Below are positions 46,862 to 56,531 of a DNA stretch of 57,201 nt, piece after piece. The DNA comes from FCB group bacterium (GTDB lineage: Bacteria > Fidelibacterota > Marinisomatia > SCGC-AAA003-L08 > JACNLC01), in the NCBI GenBank assembly GCA_013152375.1, contig JAADGM010000110.1:1-57201 (forward strand), written 5' to 3'. The notes beneath the pieces are model-generated. The model was given only the letters and a program-made list of their open reading frames with translations, did not search any database and was not told the DNA's origin. How positions within the stretch are numbered: the first letter of the stretch is position 1; each line of letters opens with the position of its first letter. The translations under genes were made by a program, and so were the position numbers.

Positions 46862-47084
46862 CGGGGTTCGTTTTAATATCATCCCGAAAATTTTGATACA
46901 CCGGGACAGACTGCAGACAATCAACTTTTCAGGGGCAGAAATTCGATTATTTTGAGACTATAGCTGACCTGCTCAGTATGCCGATTCCCGCCAAATTTTA
47001 AATATTCCGAATCTCATGTTCCCCTATAGGTCTTATTGCCTAATTTTGAACAAAATTAACCTACAATTTCTAGCGGATTAATGG

Positions 47085-48359
47085 ATGAAACTTTTATATC
47101 TCATTTTACTATCTGGTGTACTGGCCGCCGCTGAGACCATCAGCTGCAACGAAGCCATGGATTTTGCCCTGCAACACAATCCCTCTGTGCTGCAGAGCGA
47201 GGCTGGCAGACAGGCCGCCGCTTTTTCTCTCTGGTCGGCAGCCTCTGCACATCTGCCAACGGCTACTTTCGGGTTTACCAATATCTGGAATGACCGGGAG
47301 ATATTATTCCCGGTTGATTCGAATATCGTAGCAGTCATCCAGCCGAAATCCCAATGGCAGAAGAGCGTGGATGTTACCCTTCCCCTGTTCACCGGGGGAT
47401 CGTTGACCAGCAGCACCGCCATCACGTATTACAACAATCTGGTTTCCCGGCTGACTTATGAAGAGACCCGCCAGGCCGTTCGGTATAAAACCCTTGAAGC
47501 CTATTACAATCTCCTGAAAATGCAGAGAATCCTTGAGGTCACTTCATCCGCCAAAGAACTGGTGGATGAGAATATCAAACTGGTGCAAAAAATGTATGAC
47601 CTGGGTATGGTGCAGAAAAAAGACCTGCTTCAGGCCAGAGTGAGCTCAACGGAGATACGACAGCAGATCCAACAGGCCCGACAGGGCGAACGTCTGAGCC
47701 GCATCAGTTTGAACCTGACCATGGGGAAGCCCCTGAATGAGGAATATGAACTTGACGACGCGCTGGCAGAACCGGTGCTGGAAATCTCACTCGAAGACCT
47801 TTTGTCCCACGCTCTCGATAATCGTTCCGAATTTCGCTCCGCACAGCTCGGAGAAAAAATAGCCAGGTGGGGAGTCCGCGCCAACCAGGGGGCATTGTTG
47901 CCGGGGGTGGCAGGCATCTTTCACTGGCAGCAGGACTCGGAACCCAACATTTTTTCAGGCAACGAATCCTGGCGGGCCATGCTGAACGTCTCCTTTGATC
48001 TACCGTTCGGATTATCGAATGTCGCTAAAGTGGGCGAGGCAAAAGCACAGTACCGTCAGACCCGTTATGCACTGAAGCAGGCCGAAGACGGCATTAAAAT
48101 GGAAGTGGAAGCCAATTATCTGCAGTATCAGCTCTTGCAGGAGTCACTCGGTCTTGCCGAGGATCAACTCGCCGCTGCTGAAGAAAATTATCAGGCCGTT
48201 AAGGCCGGCTATGAAAACGGTGAAAGCAGCCAGCTGGAACTGATCGACGCGCGGAACTCACTGATTGGCGCCAGGACAAATCTGATCAATACGAAAATAG
48301 ATCATTACATCAGCTATAATAAATTAATGTACAGTTGCGGATATCCCTTTGGCAACTGA
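47085..48359 (+). CDS. TolC-family outer-membrane efflux protein
   Basis: Signal peptide and two OEP repeats with the typical 'A...N..L....' helical pattern. First gene of the efflux operon. Confidence 0.8.
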   Translation: MKLLYLILLSGVLAAAETISCNEAMDFALQHNPSVLQSEAGRQAAAFSLWSAASAHLPTATFGFTNIWNDREILFPVDSNIVAVIQPKSQWQKSVDVTLPLFTGGSLTSSTAITYYNNLVSRLTYEETRQAVRYKTLEAYYNLLKMQRILEVTSSAKELVDENIKLVQKMYDLGMVQKKDLLQARVSSTEIRQQIQQARQGERLSRISLNLTMGKPLNEEYELDDALAEPVLEISLEDLLSHALDNRSEFRSAQLGEKIARWGVRANQGALLPGVAGIFHWQQDSEPNIFSGNESWRAMLNVSFDLPFGLSNVAKVGEAKAQYRQTRYALKQAEDGIKMEVEANYLQYQLLQESLGLAEDQLAAAEENYQAVKAGYENGESSQLELIDARNSLIGARTNLINTKIDHYISYNKLMYSCGYPFGN

Positions 48360-49494
48360 GATGACAGGAATCCATATCAGGAATGAGGTTAAGGTGAAAA
48401 GAACATTATTATTGGCAGTCGGATTAGCGGTGCTGATCCTGCCGGGCTGTAAAAAATCTTCGGGTGAGCCCGATAAGAAATCCATCCCTGTGGTTGAAGT
48501 TCTGAAAGTTTCCACGGAATTGACCCGGCGGTTTCAGGAGTTTTCCGGCACACTCGAGCCGGTTTCGACGATTCAGGTTTTCCCCGAAGCCATGGGGAAA
48601 ATATCAGAGATCTACCGCAATGAAGGAGCGACGGTCCGCGCAGGTGAACCTCTCGCAAAGATTGATCAGACAGACTATCTGCTGGCTTTGGATCAGGCAA
48701 AATCCGCCCTGGATCTCGCCTCGGCCAATCTCAAGAATGCTCAGGCAAATCTGGAGCGGCAACAACAATTACAGCAAGAGGGGTTCAGCAGCGAAGCGGT
48801 TCTGGAAGGGATTCAGACGGCCTACGAGATTGCCAATGCCCAGTATTCCCAGGCGAAGACAGGCTTCAGCATGGCGCAGCGGCAGCTTGAGCACACTACC
48901 ATCACCGCCCCAATTGACGGCTATATCAATGCCAGGTTCATTGAAAAGGGTCAGTTAGCGCTGAATTCAGCACCGGCGTACAGCCTGCAGGACCTGGACA
49001 GACTCAAAATCAAGCTGGCCGTCAGCGAAGCCCTTATCGAAAATATCTCTGCCCGGGACGAAGTTGAACTACTTTTTTCAGATGATACCGCATCAGGAGT
49101 TCCGGGCCAGATCGTCTTCATCGGAAAATCGCCCGATCCGTCCGGCAGTTACCCTGTAAAAATCGAAGTGAACAACGAGAACCACGACCTGCTCGCTGGT
49201 AAATCCGCCGTCATTCGTATCTATTCGGCCAATGCCTCCAATGAGGTCGTGATTCCCGGTAAAGCGCTGCTCAGAAGGGGTGGCAAGTGGTCTGCATTTG
49301 TAGTTGAGGAAGGAATTGCCGTTGAAAAAATGATTTTTCCGGCAAATCGGATTCACGACCGAATGATCATCAATTCCGGTCTTAAAGCCGGCGACTTTCT
49401 GGTGGTCACCGGTCAGGAATACTGCAAGTCCGGCGAAGAGGTCAATATCGTGAAAACCTGGCAGTCCCTGAATGCCATCTTACCGGCAGATTGA
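48349..49494 (+). CDS. RND efflux periplasmic adaptor (MFP/HlyD family)
   Basis: Lipobox 'ILPGC', a coiled-coil hairpin, and beta-barrel segments. GTG at 48394, preceded by GAGG, is a plausible true start. Confidence 0.85.
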   Translation: MATEMTGIHIRNEVKVKRTLLLAVGLAVLILPGCKKSSGEPDKKSIPVVEVLKVSTELTRRFQEFSGTLEPVSTIQVFPEAMGKISEIYRNEGATVRAGEPLAKIDQTDYLLALDQAKSALDLASANLKNAQANLERQQQLQQEGFSSEAVLEGIQTAYEIANAQYSQAKTGFSMAQRQLEHTTITAPIDGYINARFIEKGQLALNSAPAYSLQDLDRLKIKLAVSEALIENISARDEVELLFSDDTASGVPGQIVFIGKSPDPSGSYPVKIEVNNENHDLLAGKSAVIRIYSANASNEVVIPGKALLRRGGKWSAFVVEEGIAVEKMIFPANRIHDRMIINSGLKAGDFLVVTGQEYCKSGEEVNIVKTWQSLNAILPAD

Positions 49495-49546
49495 TCTGTG
49501 TCCCCGAGAGCCAAATTTTTCTTCCAAATAATTTAGGTTTACCTCT

Positions 49547-52500
49547 ATGAACTTAATCCGATTTTTCCTGCGAAACTGGCGGGTAGTGATCCTGATCCTT
49601 GTTGTAATTCCCATCCTCACGGGAATTCAGGCTTTGCGCACCATGCCCAAAGAACTCAATCCCGATATCTCCATTCCCATCGCTCTGGTGATCGTCCCCT
49701 ATCCCGGTTCCTCTCCAAATCAGGTTGAATCCCTCATTACAACAAAGCTGGAGGATAAATTAAAAGGGTTGAACGATGTGGATTTCATTACCTCCACCAG
49801 CGCACAGGGTTCGGCCAGTATCGGTGTCAATTTCCTCGTGGGTGCTGACATCGATGAGAAGATCCGTGATGTCCGTGAAGCCGTGGCCGATGCAGAATCT
49901 GAGCTGCCGGATGATATCTTGGATCCCATGGTGCTTGAACTGAATTTCAGCGAGACCCCGATTCTGGTGATCTCCTTCAGCGGCTCGGATTATGTAGGTC
50001 TCACCAAAACGGCCAAGCGCCTGCAGGCGGATATCGAGAATATCAAGGATGTGCTCAGTTGTGACATCGTTGGCGGAGTGGAGCGGCAGTTTAACGTGTC
50101 CGTCGATCCTGCCACTCTTGAAAAATATCACCTCACATTGAATGCAATTGTGGGGTTGATCGCCAGTGAGAACCTCGAGATCCCCGGCGGTACCCTGGAA
50201 CTGGCCGGAGATAAATATGTCACACAGATCAAGGGGAAAATCAGTGATATTGACGAATTGGGTGACCTGACCATCTCCGGGCTGGACGGCGGCGTGATCC
50301 ACTTACGCGATGTAGCAGAAATTGTAGATGGAAAAAAAGACCCGGACAGTTATGCCCGCATGAACCAGGAACCTGCCGTCACTCTGGCCATCAAAAAGCG
50401 CCAGGGAACGAATACCCTGGAGATCACGGAAAATGTACTCAACTATCTGGAATCTGCAAAAAGCTGGCTGCCCGCGGGGAGTTCGTTTGCCGTTACCGGT
50501 GACCAGGCCAAGTGGATTGGAAAATCTCTGGATCAGCTGAGTACCTCGGGACTGCAGGGCTTGGTCCTGGTGATCCTCATGCTATATTTATTTCTGGGGC
50601 TGCGGAATGCCGCTATCGCTTCCACCGTGCTGCCACTGACGATCCTGATTGCTTTCAGTCTGTTGTGGATGTACGACATTTCGATGAATTCCATCACGCT
50701 GTTCTCTCTCGTGCTGGTGATCGGCATGATCGTGGACAATGCTATCGTGGTTGTGGAGAATATTTATCGTCACCATGGGATTTGGAAAAAACGGTATATT
50801 GCAGCCCTTGCCATGGGGCTGCCCACAGATTGGGACGAGCTCAAAGCCAATGCGCAGCGTCTCGATACGGCGACGGATGAACAACTGCTGTCCGTTGAGA
50901 AAAGTAAAATACCGAATTTGCGGATCCGCTCCTATGCAGCCGCTTTCGGGACTCAGGAAGTCGCCCTGCCTATTTTGACCTCTACCCTCACCACCGTGGC
51001 GGCGTTCATGCCCATGCTGATAATGCCGGGAACCATGGGCGATTTCTTAAAATATATCCCCATTACCGTATCCCTGTCGCTGATGGCTTCGTTTCTCGTG
51101 GGCCTGGTGGTGAATCCCACGATCAGTTCACGGATCATGCGCTCCCCCATCACCCTTAAGAGCCGGCAAAAGCGGAATTTCGGAGTTCGTCTGACCGCAA
51201 AGATCCAGAATTTATACGAGCCGGTTCTGCGCTATGCACTGTCACACCGCAAGCGCTTTCTGTTTGCCCTGATCCCGTATGTGTTTGGAGCCATAGCGCT
51301 TATCGGAGCTGGCATCGTCCCCATTGAACTCTTCCCCCCGGATGACGTGGGTCAGTTGATGGTGAATATCAAGACGCCTGTGGGTTCCGATCTCAGTACA
51401 ACAGATCAACTAAGCGCCCGGGTGGAAGCAAAACTGACTGCTGAAAAATATAAACCCTATTTCCAGGCTTTCGTCTCCAGCATCGGCGGCGGCGGCCCCT
51501 CTTCCTTTGACTTCACCATCGGTACTGCAGATAATTTTGCCCAGATCATCATCGACCTCGTGGACGAAGATGACAGAGATAAATCGTCGGATGAACTTCT
51601 GGAAATGATCCGGGAGGACGTAAAGGATATCGCCGGCGGTGAGATTGAGCCCAAACAAATTGCCGGCGGCCCGCCCTCTGATGCACCGGTTGGTTTGAAG
51701 ATCATCGGTCCCGAGTTCGAGGTCCTCAAACAATTATCCCAACAGGTGCAGGACAGTCTGAAAACCATTGCCGGGGCGATTGATATCAAAGATGACCTGG
51801 AAGAGGGATCGCCTGAGATCAGCTTTGTAATTGACCGGGACAAAGCCGCACGACGCAATATCGGAACTGCCGACATCATCGGGACCGTCCGGACGGCCAT
51901 TAACGGGACGGAAGCCACCACGGTCCGACTGGATGACGAGGATATCGACATCGTCGTGAGACTTGCTGAAAAATGGCGGGATTCTGTGGAAGATCTGGGC
52001 AAGATCGCCATCATGAACCGACTGAACCAGCCGGTACTGCTCAGCCAGGTGGCCGATATACAAGTGGGCAGAGGAATGTCTGCCATTCATCACTACGACG
52101 GTGAGCGGGTGGTGAGAATATCTGCCAATAATCAGCCCGGAGTATCAGCCGTGGAGATCACCAAGAAATTACGCAAATCCCTCGACAAACTCTCACTGCC
52201 AACGGGATACAAATTTAATTACACCGGAGATTTTGAGCAATTCGCGGAATCTTTTGTCGCTCTGGCAAAGGCTTTCGTCATTGCCGCTTTGCTGATCTAC
52301 CTGCTAATGGTGGCGCAGTTCCATTCCTTCACCCAGCCCTTTACCATCATGCTCACCATTCCGTTGGGAATTTTCGGAGCCATTTACGGCCTGCTCATCG
52401 GCGGACAGCCCTTTGCCCTGGTGGCGCTCATTGCCATAGTGGGGCTATCCGGTGTGGTTGTGAACATCTCCATCATACTGATCGATTATATCAATAAACT

Positions 52501-52753
52501 CAACTCGGAAGGAGTGCCTCTGACTGAGGCCATTGTGCAGGCGAGCCTGGTGCGTATCCGCCCTATTCTGCTGACAACCTTCACCACGATTATCGGCCTG
52601 CTGCCCCTGACCTATGCCGAAAAAGGCTGGCAGCCGATGGGATTTTCTTTCATATTCGGGCTGGGTTTCGCCATGCCCCTGACATTGATCATCATTCCCA
52701 TCGTCCACTCCTATATCGAGGGCCGCAGGGCCAGGCATAAACCGGTTGGATAG
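49547..52753 (+). CDS. RND (AcrB/CzcA-type) efflux permease
   Basis: 1068 aa, 12-TM / two-large-loop layout, with 'VDNAIVVVENI' and 'GVVVNISIILIDY'. Confidence 0.9.
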   Translation: MNLIRFFLRNWRVVILILVVIPILTGIQALRTMPKELNPDISIPIALVIVPYPGSSPNQVESLITTKLEDKLKGLNDVDFITSTSAQGSASIGVNFLVGADIDEKIRDVREAVADAESELPDDILDPMVLELNFSETPILVISFSGSDYVGLTKTAKRLQADIENIKDVLSCDIVGGVERQFNVSVDPATLEKYHLTLNAIVGLIASENLEIPGGTLELAGDKYVTQIKGKISDIDELGDLTISGLDGGVIHLRDVAEIVDGKKDPDSYARMNQEPAVTLAIKKRQGTNTLEITENVLNYLESAKSWLPAGSSFAVTGDQAKWIGKSLDQLSTSGLQGLVLVILMLYLFLGLRNAAIASTVLPLTILIAFSLLWMYDISMNSITLFSLVLVIGMIVDNAIVVVENIYRHHGIWKKRYIAALAMGLPTDWDELKANAQRLDTATDEQLLSVEKSKIPNLRIRSYAAAFGTQEVALPILTSTLTTVAAFMPMLIMPGTMGDFLKYIPITVSLSLMASFLVGLVVNPTISSRIMRSPITLKSRQKRNFGVRLTAKIQNLYEPVLRYALSHRKRFLFALIPYVFGAIALIGAGIVPIELFPPDDVGQLMVNIKTPVGSDLSTTDQLSARVEAKLTAEKYKPYFQAFVSSIGGGGPSSFDFTIGTADNFAQIIIDLVDEDDRDKSSDELLEMIREDVKDIAGGEIEPKQIAGGPPSDAPVGLKIIGPEFEVLKQLSQQVQDSLKTIAGAIDIKDDLEEGSPEISFVIDRDKAARRNIGTADIIGTVRTAINGTEATTVRLDDEDIDIVVRLAEKWRDSVEDLGKIAIMNRLNQPVLLSQVADIQVGRGMSAIHHYDGERVVRISANNQPGVSAVEITKKLRKSLDKLSLPTGYKFNYTGDFEQFAESFVALAKAFVIAALLIYLLMVAQFHSFTQPFTIMLTIPLGIFGAIYGLLIGGQPFALVALIAIVGLSGVVVNISIILIDYINKLNSEGVPLTEAIVQASLVRIRPILLTTFTTIIGLLPLTYAEKGWQPMGFSFIFGLGFAMPLTLIIIPIVHSYIEGRRARHKPVG

Positions 52754-52791
52754 TCCCCACTGTCGGGCCTGCCGGCGACGAAGAATGCCGG

Positions 52792-53832
52792 TCAGATCCC
52801 CATTTTATCCCAGCTGACATTTTCACGGACCAGCTCCGTCCACAGGTCGATTTTGTCGGTATCCGCCGCACTCAGCAGGGGGACACTCTGATCGATCTTC
52901 TTGGCGATCCGGTAGGTATCACCCTGGGCGAGCAGGAGCGGGATATTCTTCCCGGCCGCCCTGGCAATGATATTGGGCGGCGGCAGGATGTTATTCGTGA
53001 GTACCACGCCCACGCAATCCGTATCGATGGCAGCGAGGATCATGTCACTGCGGTCGCCACTGGTGATGACGATTTTATCCTTAATCTGGAACTGGCGCAT
53101 CCGCATAACTGCATCGGCGGACATGGCGCCTACAAAGATCTCCTGTATCGTTCTGTGAAGGGCACCGGCTCCTGAAAGGATCTTTGCAGACAGAATTTCA
53201 GATATGAAGCCCGTCGTAGGACGACTGAGCTCCTTGCGATAGGGGATGACGCCCAGTATGTTCAGCTGCAGGGCTTTCAGTTTTTCTGAATAAAGGCTGT
53301 TGAATTTTTCAATATCCCTGATGCGATTGAGGATCACGCCGCCGAAATCGACGCCCTCCAGATCCACATTTTTCTGCAGGAAGGTAAGGTCATCCATGAT
53401 CTTATCGTGATTTCCGTGAGTGACGACGATGAGGGTTCCCCCAACAGCCCTGGCCATGGAGATGGCATCGAGATGTACCGACATGCCGAAATTGATATTA
53501 TTGCCGCTCTCCACCAGCAGGATCTCCTTTCCCTCTCCGGCGAGCGAGACAATTTCTGCCAGTTTTTCGGTAAAGTCCGCCCCCTCCCGGCATAAATAGC
53601 GCAGTTTTGAATGGTCAAACCCAAGACTCAGCCTCTCAGGAGAAACGCCGGTGTCAAAGAGATCTGTGAACACAGCCGAGTCATAATCCCAGAGCCGTTT
53701 ATCCCGGTAGATCAACCGGTCCCCAAAGGGTTTGCAGTAACCCAGAGGTTTTGACCACACTTTACCGAGTCCTGCCATGATGCCGGTTTTTCCCGCATCT
53801 CTCCGCAGAGAGGTAAAAACGAATTTTTTCAT
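52792..53832 (-). CDS. AAA_26 (DTBS-like P-loop) + DRTGG domain protein, like the Pta N-terminal region
   Basis: 'RRDAGKTG' P-loop near the N-terminus and 'ITSGDRSDM' DRTGG-type motif. 4-nt overlap with the upstream acetyl-CoA synthetase ORF. Confidence 0.65.
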   Translation of the reverse strand: MKKFVFTSLRRDAGKTGIMAGLGKVWSKPLGYCKPFGDRLIYRDKRLWDYDSAVFTDLFDTGVSPERLSLGFDHSKLRYLCREGADFTEKLAEIVSLAGEGKEILLVESGNNINFGMSVHLDAISMARAVGGTLIVVTHGNHDKIMDDLTFLQKNVDLEGVDFGGVILNRIRDIEKFNSLYSEKLKALQLNILGVIPYRKELSRPTTGFISEILSAKILSGAGALHRTIQEIFVGAMSADAVMRMRQFQIKDKIVITSGDRSDMILAAIDTDCVGVVLTNNILPPPNIIARAAGKNIPLLLAQGDTYRIAKKIDQSVPLLSAADTDKIDLWTELVRENVSWDKMGI

Positions 53833-54797
53833 GCCTGTTTCCTTTCTGGTTCTGATAATAATACACGCACATCCACGGCTTTAACACCCTGGTCCTGATC
53901 ATAGACGATCATGGGATTTATTTCAATATCGGAAATATCTTCGCAGTTCAGCAGGATTGAGCCCACTTTGTTGATGCAATCTTTGATGCCCTCAATATCT
54001 TTCCGCCGCTCCCCCCTGACGCCCAGCAAGAGCGGGTAAGAGCGGATTTCCTTCACCATGAGACTGGTATCGATTTCCCGCAAAGGCAGCGCCCTGAAAG
54101 AAACGTCTTTCATGACTTCCACGTAGATCCCGCCCAGCCCGAACATGATCACGGGACCGAAAGATCTGTCCCGCTTCGCCCCCACGATGATCTCCGTGCC
54201 GGGTTTTACCTGTTCGACGACTTCAATGCCCTCGATGACTGCGTCCCTTTTGTGCGCCTTGCAATTATGGATGATGGCCTGGTAGGCATCTGCAACTTCG
54301 TGTTTGTTCTCAAGATTCAGCAGCACACCCCCAACGTCGCTTTTGTGCAGGATATCCCGCGAAACTACTTTCATGACCACCGGATATCCGATTTCCTCGG
54401 CCCGGGCTACTGCCTCATCGATACACCTGGCAACGGAAGACCTGGGTCCCGGTAACCCAACTGCCTTCAGCAGGATCTGCCCTTCGTGAGCCAGCAGAAA
54501 GGAGCGCTGCTCTGCCCGAGCGGTTCTGATGATCCGGGTGATCTCCGCATAGTCGATAGCGGCATTCTTTACCGGCGGACTTTCCATCATGACAGCCGTA
54601 TAGTGGCGGAACAGGGCCCCGAGGGGTGAAACGGACTCATAGACATCCCTGAAAATAGGAACATTTTCCCGGCTTAGCCGACTGATGGCGGATTCTGCCA
54701 GTTCACCTACGAACAGTGAAAAAATAATCGGTTTGTCCGCCTGTCGATAAGCCGAATAAACCTGTCGGATCATACCGGTCAGTTCGTCGGAGGTCAT
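53829..54797 (-). CDS. ADP-forming acetyl-CoA synthetase (acetate--CoA ligase family), C-terminal ATP-grasp part of a frameshifted gene
   Basis: ATP-grasp_5-like 'YPVVMKVVS..ILHKSDVGGV' and 'NPM'. Joins the upstream ORF when one 7-bp repeat unit is removed. Confidence 0.75.
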   Translation of the reverse strand: MTSDELTGMIRQVYSAYRQADKPIIFSLFVGELAESAISRLSRENVPIFRDVYESVSPLGALFRHYTAVMMESPPVKNAAIDYAEITRIIRTARAEQRSFLLAHEGQILLKAVGLPGPRSSVARCIDEAVARAEEIGYPVVMKVVSRDILHKSDVGGVLLNLENKHEVADAYQAIIHNCKAHKRDAVIEGIEVVEQVKPGTEIIVGAKRDRSFGPVIMFGLGGIYVEVMKDVSFRALPLREIDTSLMVKEIRSYPLLLGVRGERRKDIEGIKDCINKVGSILLNCEDISDIEINPMIVYDQDQGVKAVDVRVLLSEPERKQA

Positions 54798-55962
54798 GCG
54801 GGCAGTTTCGCAGTTCGCAGTACAGCGAGATCACTGCGTGGATCTGTTCATCTTCCAGGGCCGATGTCAGGGCGGTGATGTATTCCTGGGTTGTTGCCTC
54901 ACCCGTGAGATCGATGGGATTTTTCGTGGAGCCGAATCCGTGGGTCACGTCTTCGAAGACCGATTTCAGATGGGCCTTATCCTCGTAGAGTTTTACCTGA
55001 TATTTTTCGCAGGCATCCGTTGCCAGCACTCCCACACCGCCGCCGTTGGTAATAATGACGGTATTCCGTCCGGTCGGAAGGGGCGTTGTGGATAAAAATT
55101 TACACCAGTCCAGAGCTTCCTGTATGCTCTCGGAGCGGAGCACTCCGCATTGCTGCATGATGGCATCGAAAATTTCATCGGAGCCTGCCAGTGAGCCCGT
55201 ATGGGAGGCTGCGGCAATTGCACCCCGTTTGGAGCGGCCGGATTTGATCACGACCACCGGCTTGACGCGGGTGGCCCTTTTCAGCACTTCCACCAGTCTT
55301 TCACCGTGCTGAACACCCTCGATATACATGAGAATGCTGCGGGTTTCGTCGTGTTCGATGAGATATTCCAGCAGGTCGGCTTCATCCACATCCGCCTTAT
55401 TGCCCACAGAGATGATGGCAGACAGTCCGATATTCTGGATAGCCGTCTTGCCGATCATGGCCACGCCCAGGGCGCCGCTCTGGGTGATGATGGCCACATT
55501 CCCCGGTTTGATGTCCCTGGGTCCGAAAGTGGCGTTGAGGGAAGCGGAGGAGGAGTAATGACCGAAGATATTGGGTCCCAGAACACGCATGCCGTGTTTT
55601 TTGGCGTAACGGGTGAGTTCCTGTTCCTCGGCCAGATTGCCCACTTCGGAAAATCCGGAACTGATGACGGACAGGAATTTCACACCTTTATCAGCGCATT
55701 GCCGAACTACCGGAAAAACGAATTTTGCAGGAATGGCAATGATGGCAACATCGATCACCCCGTCGATATCGGCAAGATTTCTGTGCACCGGCAGACCGCC
55801 GATCTCGCCACCGGCCGGGTTCACCGGGTAAATTCTCCCCCGGTAGCCGCTGTGCAAAATATTATAGAGGATCATACCCCCGATCTTACCGGGTTTGTCG
55901 GATGCACCCACGACTGCGATTCCGCGGGGTTCAAATAAATATTTTATTTCCAAACTGTTCAT
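54703..55962 (-). CDS. ADP-forming acetyl-CoA synthetase, N-terminal CoA-binding / ligase-CoA part of a frameshifted gene
   Basis: 'PRGIAVVGASDKPGKIG', 'YPVNP', and 'GPN..G'. The last ~36 aa (LRNCPHDL...) are out-of-frame read-through. Confidence 0.75.
   Translation of the reverse strand: MNSLEIKYLFEPRGIAVVGASDKPGKIGGMILYNILHSGYRGRIYPVNPAGGEIGGLPVHRNLADIDGVIDVAIIAIPAKFVFPVVRQCADKGVKFLSVISSGFSEVGNLAEEQELTRYAKKHGMRVLGPNIFGHYSSSASLNATFGPRDIKPGNVAIITQSGALGVAMIGKTAIQNIGLSAIISVGNKADVDEADLLEYLIEHDETRSILMYIEGVQHGERLVEVLKRATRVKPVVVIKSGRSKRGAIAAASHTGSLAGSDEIFDAIMQQCGVLRSESIQEALDWCKFLSTTPLPTGRNTVIITNGGGVGVLATDACEKYQVKLYEDKAHLKSVFEDVTHGFGSTKNPIDLTGEATTQEYITALTSALEDEQIHAVISLYCELRNCPHDLRRTDRYDPTGLFGLSTGGQTDYFFTVRR
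54807..54820. repeat. Perfect 7-bp tandem duplication (TTCGCAG x2; CTGCGAA x2 on the coding strand) causing the frameshift
   Basis: Read directly: coding strand ...ctg tac tgc gaa CTGCGAA act gcc cgc atg acc.... Deleting one unit gives LYCETARMTSDEL in one frame. Confidence 0.9.
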
Positions 55963-56046
55963 CCGGGCATTCCTTTGATTTTAATCCGATTCCCACAAGT
56001 TCCGGTGGCCAGAAACAGATCCCCTTCGGCATCAACGGGGTAAAGT

Positions 56047-56063
56047 CACCTGAAAATCAGGTG
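56047..56063. other. Perfect 7-bp-stem hairpin (CACCTGA-aaa-TCAGGTG) in the leader/spacer upstream of the acetyl-CoA synthetase gene
   Basis: Read directly. No flanking T-tract. Function unknown. Confidence 0.4.
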
Positions 56064-56365
56064 TAAAATTTACGCTTCCCGGGGATACCGTCCCCTCAAA
56101 AAAGGCGGCCGTAAGCCCCATTTTTTTCCGCCTGAAAGCTCCTTGCCGGCCGCTGGATCACCGTCAGATTTTTCTGTATTTCAGATTTAGTCGCGTTGAG
56201 CATTTTTCTCACCTTCACACGGGATAGAACCGCCGTTAATTATCTTCCCTTACATAAAATTGAAACGCTTTAGGTTATTGTTTGCAGACATATCGGAATA
56301 ACGGTTTGGTCACGATAGTTCTGAAGGTTTAAATTGTGTTCACATTCGTGCGGGAGTTTTCTCTT

Positions 56366-56381
56366 CGACTTCACGACTTCA
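56366..56381. repeat. Perfect 8-bp tandem duplication CGACTTCA x2, intergenic
   Basis: Read directly: ctctt CGACTTCA CGACTTCA gttt. Confidence 0.85.
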
Positions 56382-56476
56382 GTTTACAATAGTGGATACT
56401 GGATGAAATGACCAATCAAACGCTGTGCTTGAGTTTAACGGGATGTATTAGCCAATTAGAAAAATATCAAATAAAA

Positions 56477-56529
56477 TTGCAATTTGCGGAGAATAACATG
56501 TATATTTGTTGCAAATATTGCGGAGAATA
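56477..56529 (+). promoter_or_regulatory. Two direct copies of TTGCAA-n-TTGCGGAGAATA immediately upstream of the Fic start
   Basis: 56477-56495 is ttgcaatttgcggagaata. 56509-56529 is ttgcaaatattgcggagaata. The second copy ends 2 nt before the ATG at 56532. Confidence 0.45.
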
Positions 56530-56531
56530 TA

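Noticed and set aside
50780-50935. Apparent ~45-aa extra segment (IWKKRYIAALAMGLPTDWDELKANAQRLDTATDEQLL...) in the RND pump after the 'VVENIYRH' motif
   Set aside because: I cannot judge whether this is an insertion without an alignment. RND loops vary, and nothing else is unusual.
55201-55938. 245-aa ORF antisense to the acetyl-CoA synthetase N-terminal part
   Set aside because: Shadow ORF for the same reasons. The sense strand carries clear CoA-binding motifs.
55963-56531. A tRNA, tmRNA or att site that could mark an island boundary next to the Fic gene
   Set aside because: I could not find a T-loop-like GGTTCGAATCC / GGATTCGAACC motif or a cloverleaf by eye. This needs tRNAscan or Infernal to be sure.
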